In this document: positions 1-10,004 of the stretch, in pieces
Layout: every line of letters starts with the position of its first letter
How positions within the stretch are numbered: the first letter of the stretch is position 1
From: Nitrospirota bacterium
GTDB lineage: Bacteria > Nitrospirota > JACRHL01
Direction of reading: 5' to 3'
Length of the DNA: 64,000 nucleotides
Assembly (NCBI GenBank): GCA_016212085.1
Contig: JACRHL010000018.1
Location: 7,487 to 71,486 of the forward strand
Program-made: the position numbers and the translations under genes
The notes under the pieces: generated by a model
Databases searched by the model: none
The model's input: the letters and a program-made list of their open reading frames with translations, nothing else
What the model was told of the DNA's origin: nothing

Positions 1-78
1 ATCGCCTGGCTATATGCCGCCGCCCAGGGGGAGCCGGGCGACCTGCCGGAGATCGCGGAGCAGAAGCGGGGCTATTGA
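1..78 (+). CDS. 3' end of an upstream CDS (partial, function unknown)
   Basis: Frame 1 is open from base 1 with GC3-biased codons (IAWLYAAAQGEPGDLPEIAEQKRGY) and ends at TGA 76-78. Confidence 0.5.
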   Translation: MAWLYAAAQGEPGDLPEIAEQKRGY

Positions 79-136
79 CACCTCCCCAAAATCAGCCATG
101 TTTGTAGGCACCACTGCCTACCCATTCGAGAGTGTG

Positions 137-1468
137 ATGGACGACAACGCCAATTACCTGAAAGCGGTCCGCAACCAGTACGAGGGCTACCCCTATCCGC
201 CGCGCGTGCCGGAGGACGAGCGCCACCGCCGGCTGCGCACCGGCTTGTGCGAGTTGCCCCAGCTCAACCACTACGGCCACGCCGGGCGCCAGGGGTTCGA
301 GGGGTATCACGCCCTGGTGGCGGGCGGCGGCACCGGCGACGCCACCGTGTTCCTGGCGGAGCAGCTCCACGAGCGGGGTGGCCGGGTGGTGCACCTGGAC
401 CTGAGCACGGCCAGCATGGAGGTGGCCAAACAGCGCTGCGCCGTGCGCGGCCTGACCAACGTGGAATGGGTGCACGGCTCGCTGCTGGATCTGCCCCAAA
501 TGGGCCTGGGGCCGTTCGACCACATCAATTGCTGCGGCGTCCTGCACCACCTGGCCGACCCGGACCAGGGCCTGGCCGCCCTGCGCGCCGTGCTCAGGGA
601 CGACGGCAGCATGGGCATCATGCTCTACGGCCGATACGCCCGCGAGGGGGTGTACCAGATGCAGGCCCTGCTGCGCCTGCTCAACCAGGGCGAGACCGAC
701 ATGGACGCCTGCGTGCGCACCGCCCGGGCCACCCTGGGCGCGGTCCCCGCCAGCAACTGGTACAAGTTCGGCGAAAAACTGTTTTCCGACGTGTGGAAGT
801 TCGGCGATCCGGGCATCTACGACCTGCTGCTGCACTCCCAGGACCGCGCCTACACGGTGCCCCAGCTTTACGACTACGTGGAAAAACAGGGCATGCGCCT
901 GGTGGCCTTCGGCCGCCCCCTGGACCGCATGTGGCTCACCCCCGGGTTCTCCATCCGCGAGCCGCGTCTGTTGCAGCGCCTGAACAACCTGCCGGAGCGG
1001 GACCGGCAGGCGGCGATGGAGATCTTCACCGGCACCGCCATCAAGCACAGCTTCTACGTGTCGCCCCGCACCGATTCGGTGGCCAGCCTGGACGACCTGG
1101 ACAACGTGCCGTTCCTGTACGGCTTTGCCGGCGACGATCCGAACCGGGTCATCGCCGACTTCTTCCAGAAGGCCAAGGGCAAGGGGGTGACCCTGAAGGA
1201 CCAGGACTTTTCGTACCCGGTGCAGCCGCAGGCGCACTCCCACCACATCCTGCGCCACATGGACGGCACCCGCACCACCGCCGAAATCTTCGAGGCGGTG
1301 CGCGCGGCCACCGGCGACCAGCGCCTGACCGACCCGGTGCTGCTCAAGGACTTCAGGCCCGTGTACGAGCAGTTCAACCAGGTGGACCACATGCTGCTGC
1401 GCCACAAAACGGCGCGCCCGCTGCCACCCCTGCGCCAGCAGATTCCGGGGGACGGCGGGGAGGGATAG
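137..1468 (+). CDS. Class I SAM-dependent methyltransferase with C-terminal extension
   Basis: N-terminal YEGYPYPP, motif I-like LVAGGGTGD, LDLS and FDHINCCGVLHHL; start chosen at ATG 137 (MDDNANYL). Confidence 0.85.
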   Translation: MDDNANYLKAVRNQYEGYPYPPRVPEDERHRRLRTGLCELPQLNHYGHAGRQGFEGYHALVAGGGTGDATVFLAEQLHERGGRVVHLDLSTASMEVAKQRCAVRGLTNVEWVHGSLLDLPQMGLGPFDHINCCGVLHHLADPDQGLAALRAVLRDDGSMGIMLYGRYAREGVYQMQALLRLLNQGETDMDACVRTARATLGAVPASNWYKFGEKLFSDVWKFGDPGIYDLLLHSQDRAYTVPQLYDYVEKQGMRLVAFGRPLDRMWLTPGFSIREPRLLQRLNNLPERDRQAAMEIFTGTAIKHSFYVSPRTDSVASLDDLDNVPFLYGFAGDDPNRVIADFFQKAKGKGVTLKDQDFSYPVQPQAHSHHILRHMDGTRTTAEIFEAVRAATGDQRLTDPVLLKDFRPVYEQFNQVDHMLLRHKTARPLPPLRQQIPGDGGEG

Positions 1469-2266
1469 GTGCTGCTGCTGCACCTGACCGACCCGCACCT
1501 GTTCCAGGACCCGGAGGCCACCCTGAAGGGGGTGGACACCTTCGCCACCCTGATGAGCGTGCTGCACACGGCGCGGGCCATCCACGGCCACGCGGCGGCC
1601 ATGGTGCTGACCGGCGACCTGTCGCAGGACGAGCGCCCCGGTTCCTACGCGCGGCTGGCGTGGGCGCTGGAGGGCATGCCCTGGCCGGCCTACCTGCTCA
1701 AGGGCAACCACGACGACGCGGACGCCATGTGGGTGGGCCTCACCCGCCAGCCGGCGGATATCCGCACCGACCGGCAGTTCTTCCTGGACAACTGGCAGGT
1801 GCTGCTGCTGGACAGCGTCGCGCCGGGGCGGGTGGACGGCACCCTGTCCGCCGCCACCCTGGACTGGCTGGAACGCGCCCTGAGCGCCCACCCCCGCCAC
1901 CACGCGCTGATCTGCCTGCACCACCACCCGGTGCCGGTGGGCTCCCCGTGGATGGACGCGCTCATGCTGGACAACGGGGCGGACCTGTTCGCCGTCACCC
2001 GCCGCCACCCCAACGTGCGCGCCGTGCTGTGGGGCCATGTGCACCAGTGTTTCGACGGGGAGCGGGACGGCGTGCGGCTGCTGTCGTCCCCATCCACCGG
2101 CGTGCAGTTCGCGCCGGGGAGCGACGCCTTCGCCCTGGACGCCCGCGCCCCCGGCTACCGCTGGCTGGAACTGCTGGCGGACGGCACGCTGGACACGGGC
2201 GTGTGCCGGGTGCCGGACGGCCCGGTACCGGTGCCGGAGCCAGGCGAGGGGCTGGTGAGGCGCTGA
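1469..2266 (+). CDS. cpdA: 3',5'-cyclic nucleotide phosphodiesterase (CpdA/Icc metallophosphoesterase)
   Basis: DPH, TGDL, GNHD, HHHP and GHVH motifs; PST and PGYRWLEL C-terminus typical of CpdA. Confidence 0.85.
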   Translation: MLLLHLTDPHLFQDPEATLKGVDTFATLMSVLHTARAIHGHAAAMVLTGDLSQDERPGSYARLAWALEGMPWPAYLLKGNHDDADAMWVGLTRQPADIRTDRQFFLDNWQVLLLDSVAPGRVDGTLSAATLDWLERALSAHPRHHALICLHHHPVPVGSPWMDALMLDNGADLFAVTRRHPNVRAVLWGHVHQCFDGERDGVRLLSSPSTGVQFAPGSDAFALDARAPGYRWLELLADGTLDTGVCRVPDGPVPVPEPGEGLVRR

Positions 2267-2277
2267 AAAGCCGCCTG

Positions 2278-3432
2278 TCAGCGGCCGAGCAGCGCCGCCA
2301 GCAGGTTTTCGTAGATGTCGGTGAGCCGGTCGATGTCCGCCACCGGCACCCCCTCGTCCACCTTGTGGATGGTGCGGTTCACCAGCCCCAGTTCCGCCAC
2401 CGCCACCCCTTCCGGGGCGATGAAGCGCGCGTCGGACGTGCCGCCGCCGGTGGACAGGGCGGGGGTGATGCCGGTGGCGGCGCGCACCGCGTCGGCCATC
2501 GCCGCCGTCAGCGGGCCCGGCGCCGTGAGGAACGGCATCCCGGAAAGCTGCCAGGCAAGGTCGTAGCGGAGGCCGTGGCCGTCCAGCACGGCGCGCACCC
2601 GCCGGTCGATGGACTCCGGCGTGGAGGCGGGGGAGAAGCGCAGGTTGAACTGGCACCACAGGTGGCCGGGGATCACGTTGCTGGCCCCCTCGCCGGCGCG
2701 CACGTTGGTGAATTGCAGGCGGGTGGCGGAAAAGTGCCCGTCGCCGTCGTCGAACTTGAGCCGGGCCAGGGCGTCCAGCGCCGGGGCGGCCCGGTGGATG
2801 GGGTTGTCCGCCAGGTCGGGGAAGGCGGCATGGCCCTGCACGCCGTGGATGGTGAGATGGCCGTTCACGGAGCCGCGCCGGCCGTTCTTGATGGTGTCGC
2901 CCACCCGCTCCGCCGAGCTGGGCTCGCCGACGATGCAGAAGTCGGGCAGTTCGCCGCGCGCCTTGAGCCAGGGCACCATGCGCACGGTGCCGTCCAGCGC
3001 GTCGCCCTCCTCGTCGCCGGTGATCAGGAAGCTGATGCTGCCGTTGGGCCGGGGGTTGCGCCCCAGGTGGCGTTCCACGGCCACCACCATGGCGGCCAGG
3101 GCCCCCTTCATGTCCGCCGCGCCCCGGCCGATGAGAACCCCGCCCACCACCTCCGCGGCAAACGGCGGCACGCGCCAATCCGCCTCCGGGCCGGTCGGCA
3201 CCACGTCCGTGTGCCCGGCAAGGCAGACGTGCGGCGCGCCGTTGCCCAGGCGCGCGTGGAAGTTGCGCACGGTGCCGAAGGTGAGGTCGTGAATCTCGAA
3301 GCCCAGGGCCGTCAGGCGCCGGATGAGGATGGCCTGGCAGCCGTGGTCCGCCGGCGTCACGCTGGGGGCGCGGATCAGCTCGGCGGCCAGGCGCACGGGC
3401 GCGGAATGGGGATCGGTGTCGACAGGGTTCAT
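2278..3432 (-). CDS. dapE: Succinyl-diaminopimelate desuccinylase
   Basis: GHTDVVP, GRGAADMKG, GDEEG, VGEPS, GRRGS, GGGTSDARF and TIHKVDE motifs. Confidence 0.95.
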   Translation of the reverse strand: MNPVDTDPHSAPVRLAAELIRAPSVTPADHGCQAILIRRLTALGFEIHDLTFGTVRNFHARLGNGAPHVCLAGHTDVVPTGPEADWRVPPFAAEVVGGVLIGRGAADMKGALAAMVVAVERHLGRNPRPNGSISFLITGDEEGDALDGTVRMVPWLKARGELPDFCIVGEPSSAERVGDTIKNGRRGSVNGHLTIHGVQGHAAFPDLADNPIHRAAPALDALARLKFDDGDGHFSATRLQFTNVRAGEGASNVIPGHLWCQFNLRFSPASTPESIDRRVRAVLDGHGLRYDLAWQLSGMPFLTAPGPLTAAMADAVRAATGITPALSTGGGTSDARFIAPEGVAVAELGLVNRTIHKVDEGVPVADIDRLTDIYENLLAALLGR

Positions 3433-3583
3433 ACCCACCTGGGCCAAACGGGGGGAGGCCCCGGCCCGCCACCGGGCGGGGGCCACAGGCTGGCAAGGAT
3501 AGAGGGGCGGCCCGGCCGGGTCAAACCCGCGCTGTTTTGTGGCGGCCCAAGGGCAACGGGGTCTGGTAAACTACCCGGTTAAT

Positions 3584-6500
3584 ATGGACATCCGAACCTA
3601 TCTCAAGGAACACGTCCTCATCATGGACGGCGGCATGGGCACCATGCTGATGGGCTATGACCTGGACCTGGAGCGCGACTACCTGGGCCGGGAGAACTGC
3701 TCCGAGGTGCTGTGCCAGACCCGGCCGGAAGTGGTGGAGGAGATTCACGCCGCCTACCTGGCCGCCGGCTGCGACGCGGTGGAAACCAACTCCTTCGGCG
3801 CCAACACCGTGGTGTTCGACGAGTTCGACCTGGCCGACCGGGTGGTCGAGTTCAACGTCATGGCGGCCCGGATCGCCCGCCGCGCCTGCGAGCGCTTTTC
3901 AACGCCGGAGCGGCCGCGCTTCGTGATCGGCTCCATGGGCCCCGGCACCAAGCTGCCGTCCCTGGGGCACATCGGCTACGACGCCCTGGAGGCCTCCTAC
4001 CACCAGCAGGCGGCGGGCCTGCTCCAGGGCGGGGTGGACGCGCTGTTGGTGGAGACCGCCCAGGACCTGTTGCAGATGAAGGCGGCCATCAACGGCTGCA
4101 AGCGCGCCATGGACGAGGCCCTGCCGGGCACGCCCCCGCAGCTGCGCCCCCTGCTCATGGCCCAGGTGACCATGGAAACCACCGGCACCATGCTGTTGGG
4201 CACCGAGATCGGCGCGGCCCTGGCGGCGCTGGAGGCCATGGGTGTGGAGGTGGTCGGCCTCAACTGCGCCACCGGCCCGCGCGAGATGGCCCAGCACGTG
4301 GCCTATCTGGCACGCCACGCGAACATCCTCATCTCGGTGCTGCCCAACGCGGGCCTGCCGGAACTGGTGGCGGGGAAGACCCACTACCCCCTCATGCCGG
4401 ACGAGCTGGCCGACTGGCACACCCGCTTCGTGCACGAGGACGGGGTGAACATCATCGGCGGCTGCTGCGGCACCACCCCGGCGCACCTGAAGGCGGTGGC
4501 CGACCGGCTGTGGGGCACGGTGCCCAAGGCGCGGGCGCCGGAGCCGATCGCCGGCGTGGCGTCCATGTACCGCTTGGTGCCCTACCGGCAGGAGAACGCC
4601 GTGTTCGCCGTGGGCGAGCGCACCAACGCCAACGGCTCGCGCGCCTTCAAGAACCTGCTGGCGGCGGAGGATTGGGACGGCATCACCCAGGTGGGCGTGT
4701 CGCAGGTGCGCGAGGGCTCCCACGCGGTGGACGTGTGCGTGGCCTACGTGGGCCGCCCCGAGGCGTCGGACATGGACCAGGTGATGCGCCGCTTCGCCAC
4801 CGGCGTGGACGCGCCGCTGATGATCGACTCCACCGAGGTGAACGTGATCGAGACGGCGCTCAAGCGCGCCGGCGGCAAGTGCATCATCAACTCCATCAAC
4901 TTCGAGGAGGGCGAGGAGAAGGCCGAAAAGGTCCTGCGCCTGGCGCGCCGCTTCGGCGCCGCCGTGGTGGCCCTCACCATCGACGAGGACGGCATGGCCA
5001 AGGACGCCGCCGCCAAGCTCGCCATCGCCAGGCGGCTGTATGCCTTCGCCGTGGACAAGCACGGCCTGGCGCCCGGGGACCTGATCATCGACCCGCTCAC
5101 CTTCACCATCTGCACCGGCATGGAGAGCGACCGCAGGCTGGGGGTGGAAACCCTGGACGGCATCCGCCTGATCCACCAGGCCATGCCCCGGATCCAGATC
5201 ATGCTGGGCCTGTCCAACATCTCCTTCGGCCTCAAGGCCCGGCCGCGCCAATTGTTGAACTCCGTGTTCCTGCACGAGTGCCAGCAGGCGGGCATGAACA
5301 TGGCCATCCTGCACACGGCCAAGATCCTGCCCCTGTTCAAGATCGACGACGGCCACAAAAAAGTGGCGCTGGACCTCATTTTCGACCGGCGCGCCCCGGG
5401 CTACGACCCGCTCACCGCCCTGCTGGCCCTGTTCCCGGACGGGGATGAGGTGGAGCGGGTGGCGGACGACACGCCCAGGACCGTGGAGGAGCGCCTCAAG
5501 GCGCGCATCGTCGACGGCAACCGGAATGGCCTGGAGGCGGACCTGGACGAGGCGCTGCAAACCCACGCCGCCCTGGCCATCGTCAACGACATCCTGCTGG
5601 ACGGCATGAAGGTGGTGGGCGAGCTGTTCGGCTCCGGCCGCATGCAGCTGCCGTTCGTGCTCCAGTCCGCCGAGACCATGAAGGCCGCCGTGGCCTGCCT
5701 GGAGCCGCACATGGACCGTGCCCAGGGCCAGGCCAAGGGCCGCATGGTGCTGGCCACCGTGAAGGGCGACGTGCACGACATCGGCAAGAACCTGGTGGAC
5801 ATCATCCTCACCAACAACGGCTACGAGGTCGTCAACCTGGGCATCAAGCAGCCGGTGGACAACGTGCTGGCCGCCGTGGCGGCGCACAGGCCCGACGCCG
5901 TGGGGCTGTCGGGCCTGCTGGTCAAGTCCACGGTCATCATGCGCGAGGACCTGGAGCGCATGGCCGCCGAGGGGCTGAGCGTGCCGGTGATCCTGGGCGG
6001 CGCCGCCCTCACCCGCCGCTACGTGGAGGAGGACTGCCGCAGGGCCTACCCCACCGGCCGGGTGGATTACGCCCGCGACGCCTTCGACGGCCTCAAGCTC
6101 ATGGCGCGCATCTGCGGCGGCGGGGCGCAGCCGGAGCCCGTGGCCGAGGGGGTCGAGGAGGCGGAACCGGTGGCCACCATGCCGTCGCTGACCGACGAGA
6201 TCAAGGAGCGCTTCCGCCATGCACCCCAGGCCCCCGGCCGCGCCACCGTGGGGTGGGACGGGGTGGCCCCCCCGAAGCCACCGTTCTGGGGCCCGCGCGT
6301 GCTGGAGGCGATTCCGTTGCAGAACATCGCCCCGTTCATCAACGAGACCATGCTGTTCCAGTTCCAGTGGGGTTTCAAGAAAAAGGCCCTGCCGGAGGCC
6401 TACGCCGGCCGCTTCGACGATTTCGTGAAGGAGCACGTGCGGCCCATCTACCACCAGATGCTGGCCCGCTGCGCCCGGGAGGGCATTTTGCGGCCCCAGG

Positions 6501-7069
6501 CCATCTACGGCTACTGGCCGTGCAACGCCGACGGCGACAGCCTGGTGGTGTGGAGCGACGACGGCACGGAACGCTGCCGCTTCACCTTCCCCCGCCAGCG
6601 CCCGGAGCGGGGCGGACTGTGCCTGGCGGACTTCTTCCGCCCCCTGTCCGGCGGCGTGCGCGACGTGGTGGGGTTCCAGCTGGTGACCATGGGGCAGGGC
6701 GCCTCGGACCGGGCCAGGGAGTGGTTCGAGCGGAACCAGTACCAGGACTACCTCTACCTGCACGGCCTCACGGTGGAGATGGCCGAGGCCCTGGCCGAGG
6801 TGGTCCATCAGCGCATCCGCGCCGAGCTGGGCTTCGCCGCCGAGGACGCCCGCGACACCCAGAAGCTCATCCACCAGGGCTATCGCGGCGCGCGCTACTC
6901 GTTCGGCTACCCGGCCTGTCCCAACCTGGCCGATCAGCACCAGTTGCTGGCCCTGCTGGGGGCGGATGCCATCGGCGTCGTCATGAGCGAGGGCGACCAG
7001 CTGCACCCGGAGGCCTCCACCTCGGCGGTGGTGACCCTGCACCCGCAGGCGAGGTATTTCGGCGTTTGA
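3584..7069 (+). CDS. metH: B12-dependent methionine synthase
   Basis: DGGMGT, GLNCATGP, GGCCGTTP, pterin domain VGERTNANGS, B12-binding DVHDIGKN and activation domain RYSFGYPACP. Confidence 0.97.
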   Translation: MDIRTYLKEHVLIMDGGMGTMLMGYDLDLERDYLGRENCSEVLCQTRPEVVEEIHAAYLAAGCDAVETNSFGANTVVFDEFDLADRVVEFNVMAARIARRACERFSTPERPRFVIGSMGPGTKLPSLGHIGYDALEASYHQQAAGLLQGGVDALLVETAQDLLQMKAAINGCKRAMDEALPGTPPQLRPLLMAQVTMETTGTMLLGTEIGAALAALEAMGVEVVGLNCATGPREMAQHVAYLARHANILISVLPNAGLPELVAGKTHYPLMPDELADWHTRFVHEDGVNIIGGCCGTTPAHLKAVADRLWGTVPKARAPEPIAGVASMYRLVPYRQENAVFAVGERTNANGSRAFKNLLAAEDWDGITQVGVSQVREGSHAVDVCVAYVGRPEASDMDQVMRRFATGVDAPLMIDSTEVNVIETALKRAGGKCIINSINFEEGEEKAEKVLRLARRFGAAVVALTIDEDGMAKDAAAKLAIARRLYAFAVDKHGLAPGDLIIDPLTFTICTGMESDRRLGVETLDGIRLIHQAMPRIQIMLGLSNISFGLKARPRQLLNSVFLHECQQAGMNMAILHTAKILPLFKIDDGHKKVALDLIFDRRAPGYDPLTALLALFPDGDEVERVADDTPRTVEERLKARIVDGNRNGLEADLDEALQTHAALAIVNDILLDGMKVVGELFGSGRMQLPFVLQSAETMKAAVACLEPHMDRAQGQAKGRMVLATVKGDVHDIGKNLVDIILTNNGYEVVNLGIKQPVDNVLAAVAAHRPDAVGLSGLLVKSTVIMREDLERMAAEGLSVPVILGGAALTRRYVEEDCRRAYPTGRVDYARDAFDGLKLMARICGGGAQPEPVAEGVEEAEPVATMPSLTDEIKERFRHAPQAPGRATVGWDGVAPPKPPFWGPRVLEAIPLQNIAPFINETMLFQFQWGFKKKALPEAYAGRFDDFVKEHVRPIYHQMLARCAREGILRPQAIYGYWPCNADGDSLVVWSDDGTERCRFTFPRQRPERGGLCLADFFRPLSGGVRDVVGFQLVTMGQGASDRAREWFERNQYQDYLYLHGLTVEMAEALAEVVHQRIRAELGFAAEDARDTQKLIHQGYRGARYSFGYPACPNLADQHQLLALLGADAIGVVMSEGDQLHPEASTSAVVTLHPQARYFGV

Positions 7070-7098
7070 TGCGTGGCGTTTGAGGTGGGTGTCGTCGT

Positions 7099-7452
7099 GT
7101 GCTGGAAGGGGTGCCCGTGCTGATCCGTGGCCTGGTGTTGTTGGTCCTGTTCGGGGCGCTGGTGTACATGGGGGTACGCTGGCGCCAGGGGCGGATGCGC
7201 GTCCGCGCGGTGCACGACGAGTTGCAGATCCAGATGGGCCGGCGCGGCATCGTCACCGAAACCGTGACCGCCGGCGCCGGGCTGGTGCGCATCAACGGCG
7301 CCGCCTTCGCCGCCTGCGCCGACGGACCGCCCATCGGCCCCAGGGTGCTGGTGGAGGTGGTGGCGGTGCGCCGTTTCCGCCTGCTGGTGCGCCGGGTGGA
7401 GGGCCAGGGGCGGCTGATCGACGTGGACCACATCACCGGCCGCAAGGGCTGA
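7099..7452 (+). CDS. Small NfeD-like membrane protein (one TM helix plus OB-like C-terminal domain)
   Basis: Hydrophobic N-terminus, then GRRGIVTE...GLVRING.....A.ADGPPI...VEVVAV..FRLLVR pattern resembling the NfeD C-terminus. Confidence 0.6.
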   Translation: MLEGVPVLIRGLVLLVLFGALVYMGVRWRQGRMRVRAVHDELQIQMGRRGIVTETVTAGAGLVRINGAAFAACADGPPIGPRVLVEVVAVRRFRLLVRRVEGQGRLIDVDHITGRKG

Positions 7453-7522
7453 GCCCTGGGTTTCGCGCGGCGCGCCGGGCCCGTATACTGCCGGTAGAAC
7501 CCTTTAAGCAGCACAGGAAGCC

Positions 7523-8962
7523 ATGGATCTCATCAGTGCCGTGCCCTCGGACCTGCTCCTGGGGCAGAACGACCTGACCGAACGCCACATCGGGCAGATC
7601 ATGGGCAAACTGCTGGGCGGCGCCATCGACTACGCGGACATCTACTTCGAGTACACCCTGTCCGAGTCGGTGAGCATCGAGGAGGGCATCGTCAAGAAGG
7701 CCTCCCAGCACGTCTCCCAGGGGGCCGGGGTGCGCGGCGTGGCCGCCGAGAAGACCGGCTACGCCTATTCCGACGACATCTCCCTGCCGGCCTTGCAGCA
7801 GGCGGCCGCCACCGCCCGCGCCATCGCCGGCGCGGGGGCGGGCACCGGCACCGTGGCGGTGCACGGCGGCCGCCCGTCGCGCGACCTGTATCCCATCTCC
7901 CCCGTCCAGGTGCCGGTACAGGACAAGGTGGCCCTGTTGCAGCGGATCGACCGCGCCGCCCGCGCTCACGACCCCAGGGTGGTGAACGTCATGGCGGGCT
8001 TCTCCACCGAGTACAAGGTGATCCTGATCGCCACCTCCGAGGGGCTGGTGGTGGGCGACGTGCAGCCCCTGTCGCGGCTCAACGTGACCTGCATCGTGCA
8101 GGACGGCGGAAACCGCCAGATCGGCACCTACGGCGGCGGCGGGCGCGGCGACTTCGGCCAGTTCACCCGGGACGACGCCTGGGCGCACTACGCCCGCGAG
8201 GCGGCGCGCCAGGCGGTGGTGAACCTGGGCGCGGTGGACGCCCCCGCCGGCACCATGGACGTGGTCCTGGGCAGCGGCTGGCCGGGCATCCTGCTGCACG
8301 AGGCCATCGGCCACGGCCTGGAGGCGGACTTCAACCGCAAGGGTACCAGCGCCTTTACCGGCATGATCGGCCGGAAGGTGGCTTCCGAACTGTGCACCAT
8401 CGTCGACGACGGCACCATCCCCGGCCGGCGTGGCTCCCTCAACGTGGACGACGAGGGCACCCCCACCGGCCGCACGGTGCTCATCGAGGACGGCATCCTC
8501 AAGGGCTACATCAACGACCGCCTGAACGCCCGCCTCACCGGCGCCCCCCTCACCGGCAACGGCCGCCGCGAGTCCTACGCCCACGCCCCCATGCCGCGCA
8601 TGACCAACACCTTCATGGAGAACGGCGAGCAGGACCCGGCGGACATCATCCGTGGCGTGCGGCGCGGCCTGTACGCCGTGTCGTTCGGTGGCGGGCAGGT
8701 GGACATCACCAGCGGCAAGTTCGTGTTCTCCGCCAGCGAGGCCTACCTCATCGAGGACGGCCGCATCACCAAGCCGGTGAAGGGGGCGACCCTCATCGGC
8801 AACGGCCCGGACGTGCTCACCCGCGTGGCCGCCGTGGGCAACGACCTGGCGCTGGACACGGGCATCGGCACCTGCGGCAAGGACGGGCAGAGCGTGCCGG
8901 TGGGGGTGGGCCTGCCCACCATCCGCCTGAACCAGGTCACGGTGGGCGGCACCCAGAGTTGA
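7523..8962 (+). CDS. tldD: Metalloprotease TldD
   Basis: HEAIGHGLEADFNRKGTS, PRMTNT and CGKDGQSVPVGVGLPT motifs. Confidence 0.95.
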   Translation: MDLISAVPSDLLLGQNDLTERHIGQIMGKLLGGAIDYADIYFEYTLSESVSIEEGIVKKASQHVSQGAGVRGVAAEKTGYAYSDDISLPALQQAAATARAIAGAGAGTGTVAVHGGRPSRDLYPISPVQVPVQDKVALLQRIDRAARAHDPRVVNVMAGFSTEYKVILIATSEGLVVGDVQPLSRLNVTCIVQDGGNRQIGTYGGGGRGDFGQFTRDDAWAHYAREAARQAVVNLGAVDAPAGTMDVVLGSGWPGILLHEAIGHGLEADFNRKGTSAFTGMIGRKVASELCTIVDDGTIPGRRGSLNVDDEGTPTGRTVLIEDGILKGYINDRLNARLTGAPLTGNGRRESYAHAPMPRMTNTFMENGEQDPADIIRGVRRGLYAVSFGGGQVDITSGKFVFSASEAYLIEDGRITKPVKGATLIGNGPDVLTRVAAVGNDLALDTGIGTCGKDGQSVPVGVGLPTIRLNQVTVGGTQS

Positions 8963-8969
8963 CCTTGGC

Positions 8970-10004
8970 GTGACCGGCCCCGCCATTCAATACCGGGTGC
9001 TGGATGCCATCGCCCCCGAGGCCGAGCTGGCGCTGGTGCGGGCCCTGCTCACGGGGGCCGAGGCGGGGCCGGACGGCCCGCCGCTGCTCACCGTCGCCCG
9101 CCTGGCCGGAGAGGGCATCGCCCTGGGCGCCCACCAGCGGGCCGCCACCGCCCTGGCCTCCCCCCACCCCGAACCCGTGTTGCGGCGCCTCAGCGGCGGC
9201 CGCGTCAGCCGCTATGGCGCGGGCCAGGTGAGCGTGTGCCTGATCGTGCCCGACATTCACGCCCTCACCGGCGCCTTCACCGTGGACCGGGTGATCAACC
9301 GCGCCGTGCGCGGGGTGCTCAAGGCGCTCAACGCCCTGGGCCTGAACGCCCTGTACGGCGGGCGCGACGTGGCCACGGTCACGCGGCGCCCGGTGGCGCT
9401 GCTGGGCATGGAGGGCAGGGTGGACGGCGTCAGCCTGTTCCAGGCGGTCATCGGCCTGGAGCGGGTGGCGGCGCCCGAGCCCGGCTGGGTGGCCGTGCCG
9501 CCTCCCGCCGGGATGGGCGGCGCGCCCTGGGCGGCCCTGTCCGAGTTGCGGCCGGGCCTGACCTTCGGCGCCCTGGCGGATGCGCTGCTGAAGGGGTATG
9601 CGGACGCCACCGGGCGTGATCTGGCGGCCGCGCCGGGCCCGGCGCCGGATGGGTTACCCGCCCCGGCCAGCGCGGACGGCGGCCACGCCTGGTCCGCCCC
9701 GCTGCCCGTGCCCATCGGCCTGCTGGAGGCGGGGGTGACCCTGGACGGCGGCGCGCTGGCCGACGTGGCGCTGCGCGGCGACTTCATCACCACGTCGGCG
9801 GCACTCGATGCCCTGGCGGCCGCCCTGCGCGGCCTGCCGCCGGAGCGGGACGCGGTGGGCCGGGCGGTGGACCGGGTGTTCGCCGCCGACGCGCCGCACG
9901 GGATCATGGGCCTGACCTCGCTGGCCGTCATCCGCGACGCGGTGCTGGACGCGGCCGGCCGTTACCGGAAAATGGAGGCGTGTGCACATGGCGGTGGGAT
10001 GTGA
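8970..10004 (+). CDS. Lipoate-protein ligase A-like protein (degenerate active site)
   Basis: LGAHQ, LRRLSGG and a C-terminal domain with LRGDF; the catalytic RKxxG motif reads RRPVALLG. Confidence 0.6.
   Translation: MTGPAIQYRVLDAIAPEAELALVRALLTGAEAGPDGPPLLTVARLAGEGIALGAHQRAATALASPHPEPVLRRLSGGRVSRYGAGQVSVCLIVPDIHALTGAFTVDRVINRAVRGVLKALNALGLNALYGGRDVATVTRRPVALLGMEGRVDGVSLFQAVIGLERVAAPEPGWVAVPPPAGMGGAPWAALSELRPGLTFGALADALLKGYADATGRDLAAAPGPAPDGLPAPASADGGHAWSAPLPVPIGLLEAGVTLDGGALADVALRGDFITTSAALDALAAALRGLPPERDAVGRAVDRVFAADAPHGIMGLTSLAVIRDAVLDAAGRYRKMEACAHGGGM

Noticed and set aside
75..103. TTGACA overlapping the upstream stop codon as a -35 box for the methyltransferase
   Set aside because: No convincing -10 hexamer at 16-18 nt spacing.
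3433..3583. Possible SAM or cobalamin riboswitch upstream of metH
   Set aside because: No recognisable consensus, and the likely -10 box is only 11 nt from the ATG, leaving no room for a leader.
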